The notes: a model not told the origin generated them from the letters alone. A DNA stretch of 49,873 bases from Planctomycetota bacterium (GCA_038227875.1 JBBRPR010000061.1:1-49873); one strand, 5' to 3'; positions 18,970 to 29,219 are shown, counted from the stretch's first letter. Made by a program: numbers and translations.

Positions 18970-21237
18970 ATGACGAATTTCGCGGTTCTCGATGACGAAG
19001 CGCTGACGGGCGCTGCGGCCAGCGGTGATAGGGACGCACTTGAAACATTGTTAGAACGCCATGCTTCAATGTGCGCCGGAATTGCGTTCTCAGTTCTCGC
19101 AAATAAAGAGGACGCCCGCGATGCCGTACAGGCGGCGATGATCCGCATTGCACGCGAGCCCGCCGCCGACTGGGTAGGACGATCGTTCAAAGCACGACTT
19201 TGTGGCTATGCGCACAGTGCCGCCATAGACATCCTTCGCCAGAATGCCGGCCGCAAGCGCCGGGAAATGGCAGTCGCCGCAGTCCATGAACGAAAGGAGC
19301 CGGAAATGGCGATGGATCATGCAGAACGATCGGAATCAATCGCGGTGTTGCGCGAAGAACTGGCTCTTCTTGGCGAAGAAATGGCGACGCCATTGGCACT
19401 CTATCACCTCGAGGGACTGCCTGTTGCCGACATCGCTCGAGAAACGGGAACAACCAACGACGCCTGCAGGCAGCGCCTGAGCCGGGGACGGGAACAGCTG
19501 CGCGAGCGGTTGGAACGACGGGGCCTCGGACTGGCGAGCGTTGCGCTGGTTGGAACGCTTCTGGACGCCGTCTTCGGCTCCGCCAAAGCATCCGCGACAG
19601 AATTATCTCCGACAGAATTCAAAAAGTGGGCACGAACGGCAGTTAGCGCGAGTCGATCTGCGCAAGGTCCCAACTCTGTTTCTACGGGAGAGCCTGCTTT
19701 GATCACTCCGACTGAAACCGCTGATCCTACGATTAAAGGCGCCAGAAGGAATCAAACCGCGCACCCACGCGCGCTTTCAAAACTGTCGCGTCCGATTGTC
19801 ATTGCAGGTGCCCTCCTCGTACTGGTCGGCGGCGTGATCTGGTTTTCCCAATCTACATCACTCGTCATCGTGGAATCTCCTTCCGAAGAACGCAAGAAAT
19901 TGAACAAACCGGGTGATTTCGCTTCATCGACGTCGAATTCGAGCACCGCGCCGGCGGGAACCCAAAATCAAAACGTTGCACCGCGTTGGCAGACACCGCG
20001 ATTCATCAATGCGATGACCGACCCCGTCGCGATCACCGCATCACACGGTCATATCGCGCTTTTGACAGGGGATGCAACCAAGTCGTTGGAGCCGCGTACG
20101 ATCTCCCTTATGGAATCATCCGACGCGGGAGAAACCTGGGCGACCGGGCCATCTGTTGAAGGCTACATGAGTGGCTCGGTGGTCATCAACGATGACAACC
20201 TTTGCTCGTGCATGCTGGTGGAGGGTGCGCCATTCAATCTGCTGTTCAATCAATCACCAACAGGGCGCCGGATTGATTGGCGCTCAATTGTTTCCGGTGC
20301 CTTTAGCAACCCCACGACCATCTGGTCCGCACCTGTCGGATCAGGCTATTCACTCTCCACCTCTCTCATTCATGTCCCGGGTGGAACGTGGGCCTTCGCC
20401 GTCAATAAATCAGGCTCGCGAAAGTCGCTCGAGGTTGCCTTTGGAAGTTCCACCGCCTGTCCCAAACCACTGCCGTGCGGTTGGAAAGGGGCCGCTTCGG
20501 AATCTCCCGCCAGTTGGGCGTTGGACACCAACACCGCTGGTTTCGTGCTGATCGATCCGAATAACGTCAAGGAGCTCGTTCACTGCACAACTGGAGACGG
20601 AGGCGCCTCGTGGACATCAACGCCTGTACCCTTTGACCTGGCTGATTCGGACGCAACGTTTTTAAATCTTGAGCCAGAAGTCCTGACGCGGGACGCGAAT
20701 TCCCTTTTACTCGTCGCGAAGACTCTAACGATTCCGCCCAAACCGAAATCAGCCTTGGATATGGCGTATCAACGTTACGTTTTGATCAGTACGGATCTCG
20801 GCAAAACGTGGAGCGCACCAACGCCTCTCGGCGTGCGAGAATCCTTCGCCGACATTCAGCGCGACGGAATTCTTCAGCTCTGTCAGCCCGCCATGTACAG
20901 CGGCCGGCTTGTCGTGGGAAAAACAAAAATTCCATCGGCTTCAATCTTCGCCGATGACAGGTTTCAGCGCCCAAACGCCGTGGTGATGATGTCTGAAGAT
21001 TCAAGCAAGACCTGGTTCAATCAACACGCCTTCGACGCGCTGGGAAAAAGTGCATCTAATCTGATTCTTGCCAGCGATGGCGCGTCATTTCACACCGCAC
21101 TGTTCAAGATTTTGGGTAACAACAAAGGCTGCCTGGTCATACGCAGCTACACAGACGGCATGTGGCGGGCTCCGAGGGAATCGCCGCCCTGGTTTAAGGA
21201 AGAGAATCTTTCCGCTCCTACGCGAGAAGATTTCTAG
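18970..21237 (+). CDS. ECF sigma-70 factor fused to TM helix and BNR/Asp-box (sialidase-like) propeller (ECF-2)
   Basis: DARDAVQAA sigma2; LYHLEGL..DIARETG..RQRLSRGR sigma4; TM IVIAGALLVLVGGVIWF; Asp boxes SSDAGETW, TGDGGASW, STDLGKTW, SEDSSKTW. Confidence 0.9.
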   Translation: MTNFAVLDDEALTGAAASGDRDALETLLERHASMCAGIAFSVLANKEDARDAVQAAMIRIAREPAADWVGRSFKARLCGYAHSAAIDILRQNAGRKRREMAVAAVHERKEPEMAMDHAERSESIAVLREELALLGEEMATPLALYHLEGLPVADIARETGTTNDACRQRLSRGREQLRERLERRGLGLASVALVGTLLDAVFGSAKASATELSPTEFKKWARTAVSASRSAQGPNSVSTGEPALITPTETADPTIKGARRNQTAHPRALSKLSRPIVIAGALLVLVGGVIWFSQSTSLVIVESPSEERKKLNKPGDFASSTSNSSTAPAGTQNQNVAPRWQTPRFINAMTDPVAITASHGHIALLTGDATKSLEPRTISLMESSDAGETWATGPSVEGYMSGSVVINDDNLCSCMLVEGAPFNLLFNQSPTGRRIDWRSIVSGAFSNPTTIWSAPVGSGYSLSTSLIHVPGGTWAFAVNKSGSRKSLEVAFGSSTACPKPLPCGWKGAASESPASWALDTNTAGFVLIDPNNVKELVHCTTGDGGASWTSTPVPFDLADSDATFLNLEPEVLTRDANSLLLVAKTLTIPPKPKSALDMAYQRYVLISTDLGKTWSAPTPLGVRESFADIQRDGILQLCQPAMYSGRLVVGKTKIPSASIFADDRFQRPNAVVMMSEDSSKTWFNQHAFDALGKSASNLILASDGASFHTALFKILGNNKGCLVIRSYTDGMWRAPRESPPWFKEENLSAPTREDF

Positions 21238-21308
21238 CCGCAGATACGGTGTCAAAAGCGATATCGAGGACCACAGTATGATTCATAACGTTGTTACTTT
21301 TTTTTACA

Positions 21309-21488
21309 ATGAGAGGTGGATGCCGCTCCTGCAAAGGACGTGTTTGGTGGGTTCGCAAGAGTTGTCCAGCATGCGGGAAAGAGTATCCCACCGCACGTCC
21401 TGTTATTTACTGGGCTGGCATCGGCATCTTGGTGCTTACGTTCTTCATCGCTTTAGTTGCATTAGCAAATTTCATCGGATGGATTTGA
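21309..21488 (+). CDS. Small zinc-ribbon plus TM protein
   Basis: CRSC...CPACG followed by one TM helix; 59 aa. Confidence 0.55.
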   Translation: MRGGCRSCKGRVWWVRKSCPACGKEYPTARPVIYWAGIGILVLTFFIALVALANFIGWI

Positions 21489-21497
21489 GTCCGCCGC

Positions 21498-23141
21498 TCA
21501 CTCAATCTTCAACTTCCCCAAAATCGGCTTCAACGCATCCCCCCACTTCACATACCCCGGCGCCGCCAGATGCAGTTTGTCGGCGGCGAAGTACTCCGGC
21601 ACCGGCTTGCCGTCCGGCCCGGCCAGCAGCGGGAACAGGTCGAGCACTTCAACGTGCTCCATCGTCGTGCCCAGCTTGCGGATGCGGTCGTTCAATTCTT
21701 CACGCTTGCCCGGCTTGACGGGCGCGTCGGCTTTGTCGCTCGGCGCGATCGTGCACACAATCACCGGCAGCGCGGGATCCTGCTTGTGCGCCATCTCGAT
21801 AATCGCGGTGATGTTCGCGATCGCGTCGGCAGGCTCGCCGTAGGCGGTCAGGTCATTGCTGCCAATATTGAGCACCACCGCCTTCGGATGCAGATCGAGT
21901 ACGTCTTCCTGAAAACGGAAGAGCACGCCGCGGCTCACGTCGCCGCCGATGCCGCGGTTGGCAACTTTCAGTTTCGGAAACTGCTGCGCCATCTGCTCGG
22001 CCTTCCAGCCGCCCGTATTGGAATCGCCGACGAAAACCACGCTGCCCTGATCGGCCTCGCGGCGGCTCCAGAACGATTTGCGGTTGTCCACCATCCACGC
22101 TGGGAACACGCGAATCACACCCTTGCCGGGCCAGGCGGCTTCGTCCTTGGGTCCGGGATAGGGCGTCGGCCCCGCCACCGCGACGGTAGGCGGTTCGTAG
22201 TATTCGATCGAGTACAGATCGAGGTCCCCGCTGTAGGCGCTCGGATTCGCCAGGTTTCCCGGCCATGCGCCGCCGACGGCGAGATTGATGATCGTGCACG
22301 CGTCCACGCCGTGACCGGTTCCACCTTTTGATGCGGCCCACTTGAACGCTGCCGAGTAAATCTTCTTGCCATCGATGTAGCGCGTGACAGTGCCGGTGCT
22401 GTCGTCGTAGCAGACGGTGTAATAGTGCGGCGCGGTGCTCGCGTCGAAATCCGGATTGCGCCACGTCATCTCTTTGGTCGTGAACAACGGATCGGCGATC
22501 TCCACGTTCTTCGCGCCGGGATGGTTGAACATTGTAACGTCGTGGACCGTCAGCTTCGGCGTGAGCGGCTGCTCGAAATCGAGCTCCGAACTGTCGTTTC
22601 CTGACGCAGCGGCGTAAAGCCAAAACGCCGGCCACGATTTATCCTGGCTGGGAATACGGTAGCGCGCCTCCACACAAAAACTGCGCGACGTATGGATGCT
22701 CACCATCTCGCCGGACGTGATCGAGCCATCGGGTTGGCCACGCCCTTGAATGGTGAGATGATCGCCCGCGAAGACGATTGCTTTTTCGAAGTGGACGTAT
22801 GTCTGTTGCTCTTTGTTGATGACAACATTGGGAAGCTTCACGAGTCCGTTGGCTTCGCGATTGTAAAATTGAGCTTCGTAATATTTGGCGTGAAGTTGTT
22901 CCATCGTGCGGACGGTGCTCTTGTCGTCTGTGCCGAACCGGTCGGAAATTTTCAGCGCCCAGCCGTGTGGCAAATCCGCACCGGATGGTGTCGTGGCAGC
23001 CGGAGCATCCGCTGCGGCCGCGGCAGGCGCAGGACTTGGAGTCACAGCCGGTGTTTCTCCACCTCTACATTTGCAGTGGGTAACAACGAGTATTGCCGCG
23101 CATAGCGCCATCGAACCAAATCCGTGAAGACGAGTTTTCAT
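21498..23141 (-). CDS. Secreted GH16-like glycoside hydrolase fused to SGNH/GDSL esterase
   Basis: Signal peptide; WPAFWL...ELDFE catalytic motif and INLAVGGAW; SGNH blocks VGDSNT, NRGIGG, GSND, DKLH; GGAGG RBS. Confidence 0.85.
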   Translation of the reverse strand: MKTRLHGFGSMALCAAILVVTHCKCRGGETPAVTPSPAPAAAAADAPAATTPSGADLPHGWALKISDRFGTDDKSTVRTMEQLHAKYYEAQFYNREANGLVKLPNVVINKEQQTYVHFEKAIVFAGDHLTIQGRGQPDGSITSGEMVSIHTSRSFCVEARYRIPSQDKSWPAFWLYAAASGNDSSELDFEQPLTPKLTVHDVTMFNHPGAKNVEIADPLFTTKEMTWRNPDFDASTAPHYYTVCYDDSTGTVTRYIDGKKIYSAAFKWAASKGGTGHGVDACTIINLAVGGAWPGNLANPSAYSGDLDLYSIEYYEPPTVAVAGPTPYPGPKDEAAWPGKGVIRVFPAWMVDNRKSFWSRREADQGSVVFVGDSNTGGWKAEQMAQQFPKLKVANRGIGGDVSRGVLFRFQEDVLDLHPKAVVLNIGSNDLTAYGEPADAIANITAIIEMAHKQDPALPVIVCTIAPSDKADAPVKPGKREELNDRIRKLGTTMEHVEVLDLFPLLAGPDGKPVPEYFAADKLHLAAPGYVKWGDALKPILGKLKIE

Positions 23142-23212
23142 GAAAACCTCCGCACCCGGCGCCATTTAAGCCCCTCTCAGCAGGTTACACTGAGTACTGA
23201 AAACAATTCATG

Positions 23213-23312
23213 TTTTCTGTAAAATTACAGAAAATAGAACAGGAATACCTATCATTGACCTAAATAAATCTAAGAACTGTTCAATTTCCAACATATGGAC
23301 TGTAGTCCATAT
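23213..23312. promoter_or_regulatory. Two operator-like inverted repeats in an AT-rich divergent intergenic region
   Basis: TTTTCTGTAA-AA-TTACAGAAAA (23213-23234) and ATATGGACT-GT-AGTCCATAT (23293-23312). Confidence 0.65.
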
Positions 23313-23339
23313 CCTATTTCAACCTTTCCTGCACCACGA

Positions 23340-23367
23340 TTGCGACCAAACCCACCCGTGGTAACAT
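23340..23367 (+). promoter_or_regulatory. Sigma70-like promoter, probably leaderless
   Basis: TTGCGA-16-TAACAT with extended TG; ATG 23375 lies 7 nt after the -10 box; no SD. Confidence 0.5.
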
Positions 23368-23374
23368 TTCTAAA

Positions 23375-24577
23375 ATGGTCTCCACTCCGATCCTTGGCAC
23401 TTCCGAATCTTCCCCCGATGGCCGCATCCATCTCATCGGCATCCTGATTCTGTATTTTGCGGCGATCTTCCTCTCAAGCCTGTTCATGCCCTACGACGTG
23501 TTCTGGGACAAATTGCAAGTTCCCGCGTTCAGCACCTTCTCGGATATTCCGCCCATCACGCGGGAAGCGCTGGAGAACGTGCATCTCCGCGAGAACTTTT
23601 TCTGCGCGCCGGCGTGTTACTGGTTCGCGCACCTGGGACTCCGCGACAGTCACACGTTTGTCGCGGGCATGGTGATGAATCTGATTTTCTTCGTGGCGTT
23701 GCTGTTGCAGATTGGAAGAGTCCGCCGCGACTACGTGGCGTTTTACGCCGCCATTTTCTGCTCGCCCCCGGTCATGATGGGCGTGGCGCGAGCCAACATC
23801 GACCTGCTGATCTTCGCGCTCTTATGTCTTTCCATCTGGCTTTTCCTGCGCAGCGGCGGACGCTGGCGACCAGTGTCGTACGCGCTCATCATTTATGGCG
23901 CGATGCTGAAGTTTCATCCCATCTTTGCATCGGTTCTGGCGCTGGGTGAACGCGCCTGGCGCCGCATCGCCGGACTCGCGGCGCTTACCGCGGCGTTCTT
24001 CGGATACGTGTGGTACATCCGCGATGACCTGCGCGAGATGTACCCCCTCGCCCCGCGTCCGATCACCTTGTCCTTTGGCGCGCCGGTGTTATTGATGCGA
24101 ATTGTGGGCGGCGTCATTCCGCCCTGGTGTGCGCCCGTTTCGCTCGGCCTGAGCCTCGCGTTGGTTCTCGCTGCATGGGTGACTGCGATGAGGCGCGGCG
24201 CGGCGACCACCGATGAGAACGACAGTAAAACGCTCGGCCTTCGCATCGGCTCAGCGATCTACATTGGCAGCTTCGCCCTGATCCAGTTTAACTACATTTA
24301 CCGCTTCGTCTTTTTGCTGCTGGCCATACCGCAATGGCTGAAATGGCGCGAGGAAGGCGGCCGCATGGCCAGGCTCGCCACCGCCGTGCTGGCCGCGATG
24401 GTCATCGGGTTCTGGCTGCCGCGTTACGTGCGGAATTTCTGGAATCTCGATCAGGCCGCCGATTGGTTCCTGTTCTTCGCTTCGTCGTACGCGCTGCTGG
24501 TGAGCTTGCCCGCCGACATCCGGCGTCTACTGCGCATCGCCGAGCCGCCTGCGCCGGATGCGATCGAGTCCAATTAA
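23375..24577 (+). CDS. Polytopic membrane glycosyltransferase, GT-C fold (GT87-like)
   Basis: Many TM helices; SPP....RANIDL and LKFHP motifs. Confidence 0.65.
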   Translation: MVSTPILGTSESSPDGRIHLIGILILYFAAIFLSSLFMPYDVFWDKLQVPAFSTFSDIPPITREALENVHLRENFFCAPACYWFAHLGLRDSHTFVAGMVMNLIFFVALLLQIGRVRRDYVAFYAAIFCSPPVMMGVARANIDLLIFALLCLSIWLFLRSGGRWRPVSYALIIYGAMLKFHPIFASVLALGERAWRRIAGLAALTAAFFGYVWYIRDDLREMYPLAPRPITLSFGAPVLLMRIVGGVIPPWCAPVSLGLSLALVLAAWVTAMRRGAATTDENDSKTLGLRIGSAIYIGSFALIQFNYIYRFVFLLLAIPQWLKWREEGGRMARLATAVLAAMVIGFWLPRYVRNFWNLDQAADWFLFFASSYALLVSLPADIRRLLRIAEPPAPDAIESN

Positions 24578-24677
24578 CGCCCGTTTTTGTAATGGCACGA
24601 ACGTGCCTGCTTGCGAGAATCACCCTCGTTTCAGCATTACACGTGTCGGGCAATGTCCTCTTGTTTCAGGAGCGCTT

Positions 24678-26138
24678 ATGCAGCGGCTGTCCACCCTCCT
24701 CATTTTGACTGCGATGGTCCTGACGCGCGCGTCGTGGTCGGCGGATACCGAAACGCTGGACCTCGGCAACGGCGTCACGCTGGAATTGATCCAGGTGCGC
24801 GCCGGATCGTTCAAAATGGGCTCACCGGAATCGGAAACCGGCCGCGGACCCGACGAAGAGCAGTTCGATACGATCGTGAAAGACGATTTTTTCATCGGCA
24901 AGTTCCCCGTGACGCGCGGGCAGTTCTCCTGCTTCGTGAAAGAGTCGGGCTATCGGACGGAGTCCGAAATTGGCACGTCCGGCGGCTCCGGTTGGGACGG
25001 CACCGCCATGAAGCAGCGCAAGGATTTCAATTGGCGCCATCCCGGCTTCGACCAGGCCGATGACCACCCCGTGGTCCTCATCACTTACGCCGACGCGCAG
25101 GCCTTCTGCCGCTGGCTGGAACGCAAATCGAACCGGACCATCGCACTACCCACGGAGGCCCAATGGGAGTACGCCTGCCGCGCGGGCACAACAACGCGCT
25201 ACTACGCCGGCGACGATTCCGCAAACGCCGACGCCATCGCCTGGTTCAAAGACAATGCCGGCAACGGCACTCACCCGGTCGGCAAGAAGGCCGCGAACGC
25301 GTGGGGTCTCTACGACATGTGCGGCAATGTTTTTGAATGGTGTCAGGACACGTACGGCCCTTACCGTCCGGGCGGCCCCGTACAGGGCACGCAGGACAAG
25401 CCGCGCAATGTCCTGCGCGGAGGTTCCTGGCTGAAAAGTGCCGACGGCGTCCGCTCGGCCGCGCGTTACCGCAATACGCCCGGCAGCCGGAACGCTGACA
25501 ACGGTTTCCGCATCGTTGCCGGCCCGCGTGCAGCTGCGGCGATTGAAGCTCCACCGCCAACCAACCCGGCAACGCGCGACGTTGAAGCTCCGCTCAACGC
25601 GCCGACCCCGCCACAGGACACTTCCGCCGACTTCGAGCAGCAGCGCGCTATGCAGGAGCAGCAGCGCGCCATGCAAGAGCGCGCCCGATCGATGCAGGAA
25701 CGCAACGAAACGTCCGCCTTTCCGTTCGTCTTATTGTTGCTCGGAGTTCCCTTCGCGTTCATCGTGGCCTGGATTATTTACGCCATCTTGAAGGCCAGCG
25801 GCCCGGTGGCTCAGCGCACGCCGCAATCGCTCGTCCATGTTCGGCCGCGCCTGGTGGATGACGGCTTCTGGTTCGACACCCACGGCTACAATGCTGGCGA
25901 CATCGTCACCTATACCTATGAAGGCCCCGGTGGAATGCTGGCCAAAGAATTCCGCGTCGAACCCTCTACGCGCGGCCAATTCATCTATACCGGCCACCGC
26001 CCCGGCAATTTGCAGTTGGATTCGCTGCTCCCGGCGCTGGCCATGATGCAGCAACGACCTCCGCCGCCCAGCCGCTCCACCTACGTGGCTACACCCAGCC
26101 GCCGGGAGACTTCCAGTGGCTTCCCCTCCGCGTACTGA
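24678..26138 (+). CDS. FGE-sulfatase (SUMF1-like) domain membrane protein
   Basis: Signal peptide; FKMGS, LPTEAQWEYACRAG, NAWGLYDMCGNVFEW, RGGSW, NGFR; Pro/Gln linker, TM, cytoplasmic tail ending GFPSAY. Confidence 0.9.
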   Translation: MQRLSTLLILTAMVLTRASWSADTETLDLGNGVTLELIQVRAGSFKMGSPESETGRGPDEEQFDTIVKDDFFIGKFPVTRGQFSCFVKESGYRTESEIGTSGGSGWDGTAMKQRKDFNWRHPGFDQADDHPVVLITYADAQAFCRWLERKSNRTIALPTEAQWEYACRAGTTTRYYAGDDSANADAIAWFKDNAGNGTHPVGKKAANAWGLYDMCGNVFEWCQDTYGPYRPGGPVQGTQDKPRNVLRGGSWLKSADGVRSAARYRNTPGSRNADNGFRIVAGPRAAAAIEAPPPTNPATRDVEAPLNAPTPPQDTSADFEQQRAMQEQQRAMQERARSMQERNETSAFPFVLLLLGVPFAFIVAWIIYAILKASGPVAQRTPQSLVHVRPRLVDDGFWFDTHGYNAGDIVTYTYEGPGGMLAKEFRVEPSTRGQFIYTGHRPGNLQLDSLLPALAMMQQRPPPPSRSTYVATPSRRETSSGFPSAY

Positions 26139-28872
26139 CGTACAGGCCATCGTTTTCGCGGCGCACAACGCTGACCGCTACAAAGCCGGAAGATCCGTGC
26201 GCGCGCTGGAACGCGCCGGACTTACCGTCACGTCTTGCCTCGTTGGAAATCTGGCGCAAACCTTATCTGCCGCGACTACGGCCGTGTGGCTGCTCGCCGC
26301 CGGAACCTGGCCGGCGAAGTCCGAGGCGCTCGACTTTCCGCCGGGCAGCAACACCGGTCGCCCGCTCTGCGCGCTGGGTATGGCGCGCGCATCGGCAGTT
26401 TCCTCGCCCAACCCAATCGCGCACCCCGAATGGGATCACGCCCTCGCCCACACCGGCGGCGATTTCGAAAATTCCTCCTCGCGGCCCCGTCTGGTGAGCA
26501 TTTACCTCGAGCAGCCTCTGGTGAAAGAACTCGCGGCGGCACTGCGCGGCGGCGAATTCAACGACACGCTTTGGAAATTGCTCGATTCCACGCACGCCCG
26601 CGTGGTCCGCTGGCCGGATCTCGATGTCCACGACGACCCGCGCCTGCGCATCGCCGAAGTCATCACCAGTCTCCAGCGCGGCGGCGCGGAGCGCATGGTC
26701 CTGGACCTCACCGCATCGCTGACGAAGCGCGGCGTGATGGCGCGCATCATCACCACCGGACGACCGACACGCGACGCCTTCGATCCACCCAAAGACATGA
26801 TCGACGTTTCACCGGCGCCGGGCGGGTACTCCGGCCGGATGATAGCCGCCGTGGACGCCGCGCTGTCGCTGCATGCGGACCTCGTTCACGCGCATCTGCT
26901 CGACGGCATGGCGCTAAAATTTTTCCGCGAGGCGGGGCTGCCGCTGATGCTGACCGTCCACAACATGCGCAGCGGCTGGCAGGCCGATCCCGCGCAATTT
27001 GACGGCGAAGATGTCTCGCTGCTGGCAGCCTGTTCGCGGCGGGTCGAACAGGATGTGCGGGAGACCGGTTACAAAGAGCCGGTGCGAACCGTGTGGAACG
27101 GCATCGACTTCGCGCCGCATGAACGCACGCCACAACTGCGCCACGCAGGCAACGCGCTGCGCTACAAATGGGATTTGCACGACAGCGACGGCGTCGTGGT
27201 CGCGCTCGCCAATCCGCGCCCGCAAAAACGCCTGGAGCGTCTGCCCGCGATCATCGCGCATATTCGCGATCGTTACGCCGGTCAGGACAACCGGAAGATC
27301 CGGCTCTTCATCGCGGGAGAACCCAGTTCCGCGCGGCCCGAAGCGCTGGAATCGGAGCGGCTGCTGCGCGCCGAAATCACGCGCTGCAAGGTGGAAAAAG
27401 AAGTCGTCTGCCTGGGCACCGTGCGCAACGTTCCGGAACTGCTCGCCGCCAGCAACGTCCTCGTCTCCGTGAGCGCCTGGGAAGGCTTGAGTCTGGCCAT
27501 GCTCGAAGCCCTCGCCGCTGGCATTCACGTGGTGGCCACAGACGTCGGCGGCACCGCGGAAGTCGCGCATCTCAACCGCGCCGTGCGGCTGTTGCCCGCC
27601 GAATTCAGCACGGAGGAGGCCGCGAACGCGCTGATTGAAAGCCTCTGGGGTCCGTCCATCAACGGCCGCAAGGCCGCGCAGGAAAACTTCAGCCGCGAAC
27701 AGATGGCCGAGCGCTACGCCCGGCTCGCTCGCCGCGCCATCGAGCGGCCGCAACGGGTGCGCGGCAAGGGCGTTTGGCTGATCACCAATAATTTCTCCAC
27801 CGGCGGCGCGCAGTCCTCCGCGCGCCGCTTACTTGGGGGGATGCACGCCACCGGCACCCGCGTCCGCGCCGCGGTCATCCAGGAGCAGCCTGAAAATCCA
27901 ACACCGGGTCGCCGTGCACTGGAAGCTCAGGGCATCCCCGTCCGCGTCGTCTCGCCGCTCGGCACAAAAGATCCCGCCGATGCTCTCGAAGAATTGCTCG
28001 CCGACATCGACGCCGATCCGCCCGAAGCCATTCTGATGTGGAACCTCGTCGCGCAGTACAAAGTGCTGCTGGCCGACATGCTGTTCGACATTCCCGTCTT
28101 TGACGTCAGCCCCGGCGAGATGAATTTCGCGTCGCTCCAACGGTACTTCGAAACGCCACGCCCGGCACTGCCCTATCGGACCTCGCAGGAGTACGGCGCG
28201 AACCTCGCTGGCGCGATCGTCAAATACGAAGCCGAGCGCCAACTGGCCGAGCACCGCTTCGGCATCACCGTCTCGGTCATCCCCAACGGCGTCCCCGCGC
28301 TCGCGGAATTCCCGCGCCGTTCCACCACGCAGCGCCTGGTCATCGGCACCGTCGCGCGACTTTCGCCGCAGAAAAAATTGGAGCAACTCCTCGACGCGCT
28401 GCGAATAGTCCACGACCGCATGCCACCCTACACGCTGCGAATCGCCGGCGGCGTGGATGGCGACGATCACCGGTACGTCACACGCCTGAAAGGTGCCGCT
28501 TATGATTTGAACGTGGAATGGGTCGGCGAAGTCGATCCGATCGACGGCTTCCTCTCGCAGTTGGATCTGTTCGTCATGATCTCCGAGCCCGCCGGCTGCC
28601 CCAACGCCTCACTGGAAGCCATGGCCGCGGGCCTGCCCGTCATCGCCACCGACTTCGGCGGTGCCAGCGAACAGATCGTCGATGGCGAAACCGGCCGCCT
28701 CACCCCGCGCGGCGACGTCGACGCTCTGGCCGCCGCGATTCTCGACGCCGCTGCCCATCGCGATCGCTTGATCACGTGGGGCGAAAACGCGTGGCAGCGA
28801 GTGCGGTCCACGTTCTCGCTGGAAACGATGGTGGCGAAGTATAAAGAAGCGCTCGGAATTCAGAAGCCATGA
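26116..28872 (+). CDS. Tandem GT4 (GT-B) glycosyltransferase
   Basis: Two modules: GGAE...EGLSLAMLEALAAG and GGAQ...AGCPNASLEAMAAGLPV; GGAG RBS before GTG. Confidence 0.9.
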   Translation: MASPPRTDVQAIVFAAHNADRYKAGRSVRALERAGLTVTSCLVGNLAQTLSAATTAVWLLAAGTWPAKSEALDFPPGSNTGRPLCALGMARASAVSSPNPIAHPEWDHALAHTGGDFENSSSRPRLVSIYLEQPLVKELAAALRGGEFNDTLWKLLDSTHARVVRWPDLDVHDDPRLRIAEVITSLQRGGAERMVLDLTASLTKRGVMARIITTGRPTRDAFDPPKDMIDVSPAPGGYSGRMIAAVDAALSLHADLVHAHLLDGMALKFFREAGLPLMLTVHNMRSGWQADPAQFDGEDVSLLAACSRRVEQDVRETGYKEPVRTVWNGIDFAPHERTPQLRHAGNALRYKWDLHDSDGVVVALANPRPQKRLERLPAIIAHIRDRYAGQDNRKIRLFIAGEPSSARPEALESERLLRAEITRCKVEKEVVCLGTVRNVPELLAASNVLVSVSAWEGLSLAMLEALAAGIHVVATDVGGTAEVAHLNRAVRLLPAEFSTEEAANALIESLWGPSINGRKAAQENFSREQMAERYARLARRAIERPQRVRGKGVWLITNNFSTGGAQSSARRLLGGMHATGTRVRAAVIQEQPENPTPGRRALEAQGIPVRVVSPLGTKDPADALEELLADIDADPPEAILMWNLVAQYKVLLADMLFDIPVFDVSPGEMNFASLQRYFETPRPALPYRTSQEYGANLAGAIVKYEAERQLAEHRFGITVSVIPNGVPALAEFPRRSTTQRLVIGTVARLSPQKKLEQLLDALRIVHDRMPPYTLRIAGGVDGDDHRYVTRLKGAAYDLNVEWVGEVDPIDGFLSQLDLFVMISEPAGCPNASLEAMAAGLPVIATDFGGASEQIVDGETGRLTPRGDVDALAAAILDAAAHRDRLITWGENAWQRVRSTFSLETMVAKYKEALGIQKP

Positions 28873-29219
28873 GCGAGAAGCCCAAGCGCCCATGGTTCAG
28901 ATTCCATCTGCTGACGGCTGTGCTGCTGGTGATAACCGTGGGACTTCTGTTATGGAGGCTGTTTCGCACCCGCTGGCATCATGGAAGTTTCAGCACTAAT
29001 CACGACTCGCCACCAGTCGCCACAGGCTGGCAATCGACGACCTATGGTTGGCCGTTTAAAGAGGCCATCGGGTTTTCAGAAGAATTTCCCTCCAGGACAC
29101 AGGGGATTCATTTTCATCTTCCGTTCGTCTACGACTTGGCGATCTGGCTGGCAATCTTGTTCGCCGTAGCCGCCATCTCGGAGTTCCTCCTGCGCCGCCG
29201 CGAGAGCCGCAAATCATGA
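28869..29219 (+). CDS. Small 2-TM 'RRWFRF' family protein (copy 4)
   Basis: RPWFRFHLLTA, YGWP, SEFLLRRRESRKS; ATGA overlap with the GT gene. Confidence 0.8.
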   Translation: MSEKPKRPWFRFHLLTAVLLVITVGLLLWRLFRTRWHHGSFSTNHDSPPVATGWQSTTYGWPFKEAIGFSEEFPSRTQGIHFHLPFVYDLAIWLAILFAVAAISEFLLRRRESRKS

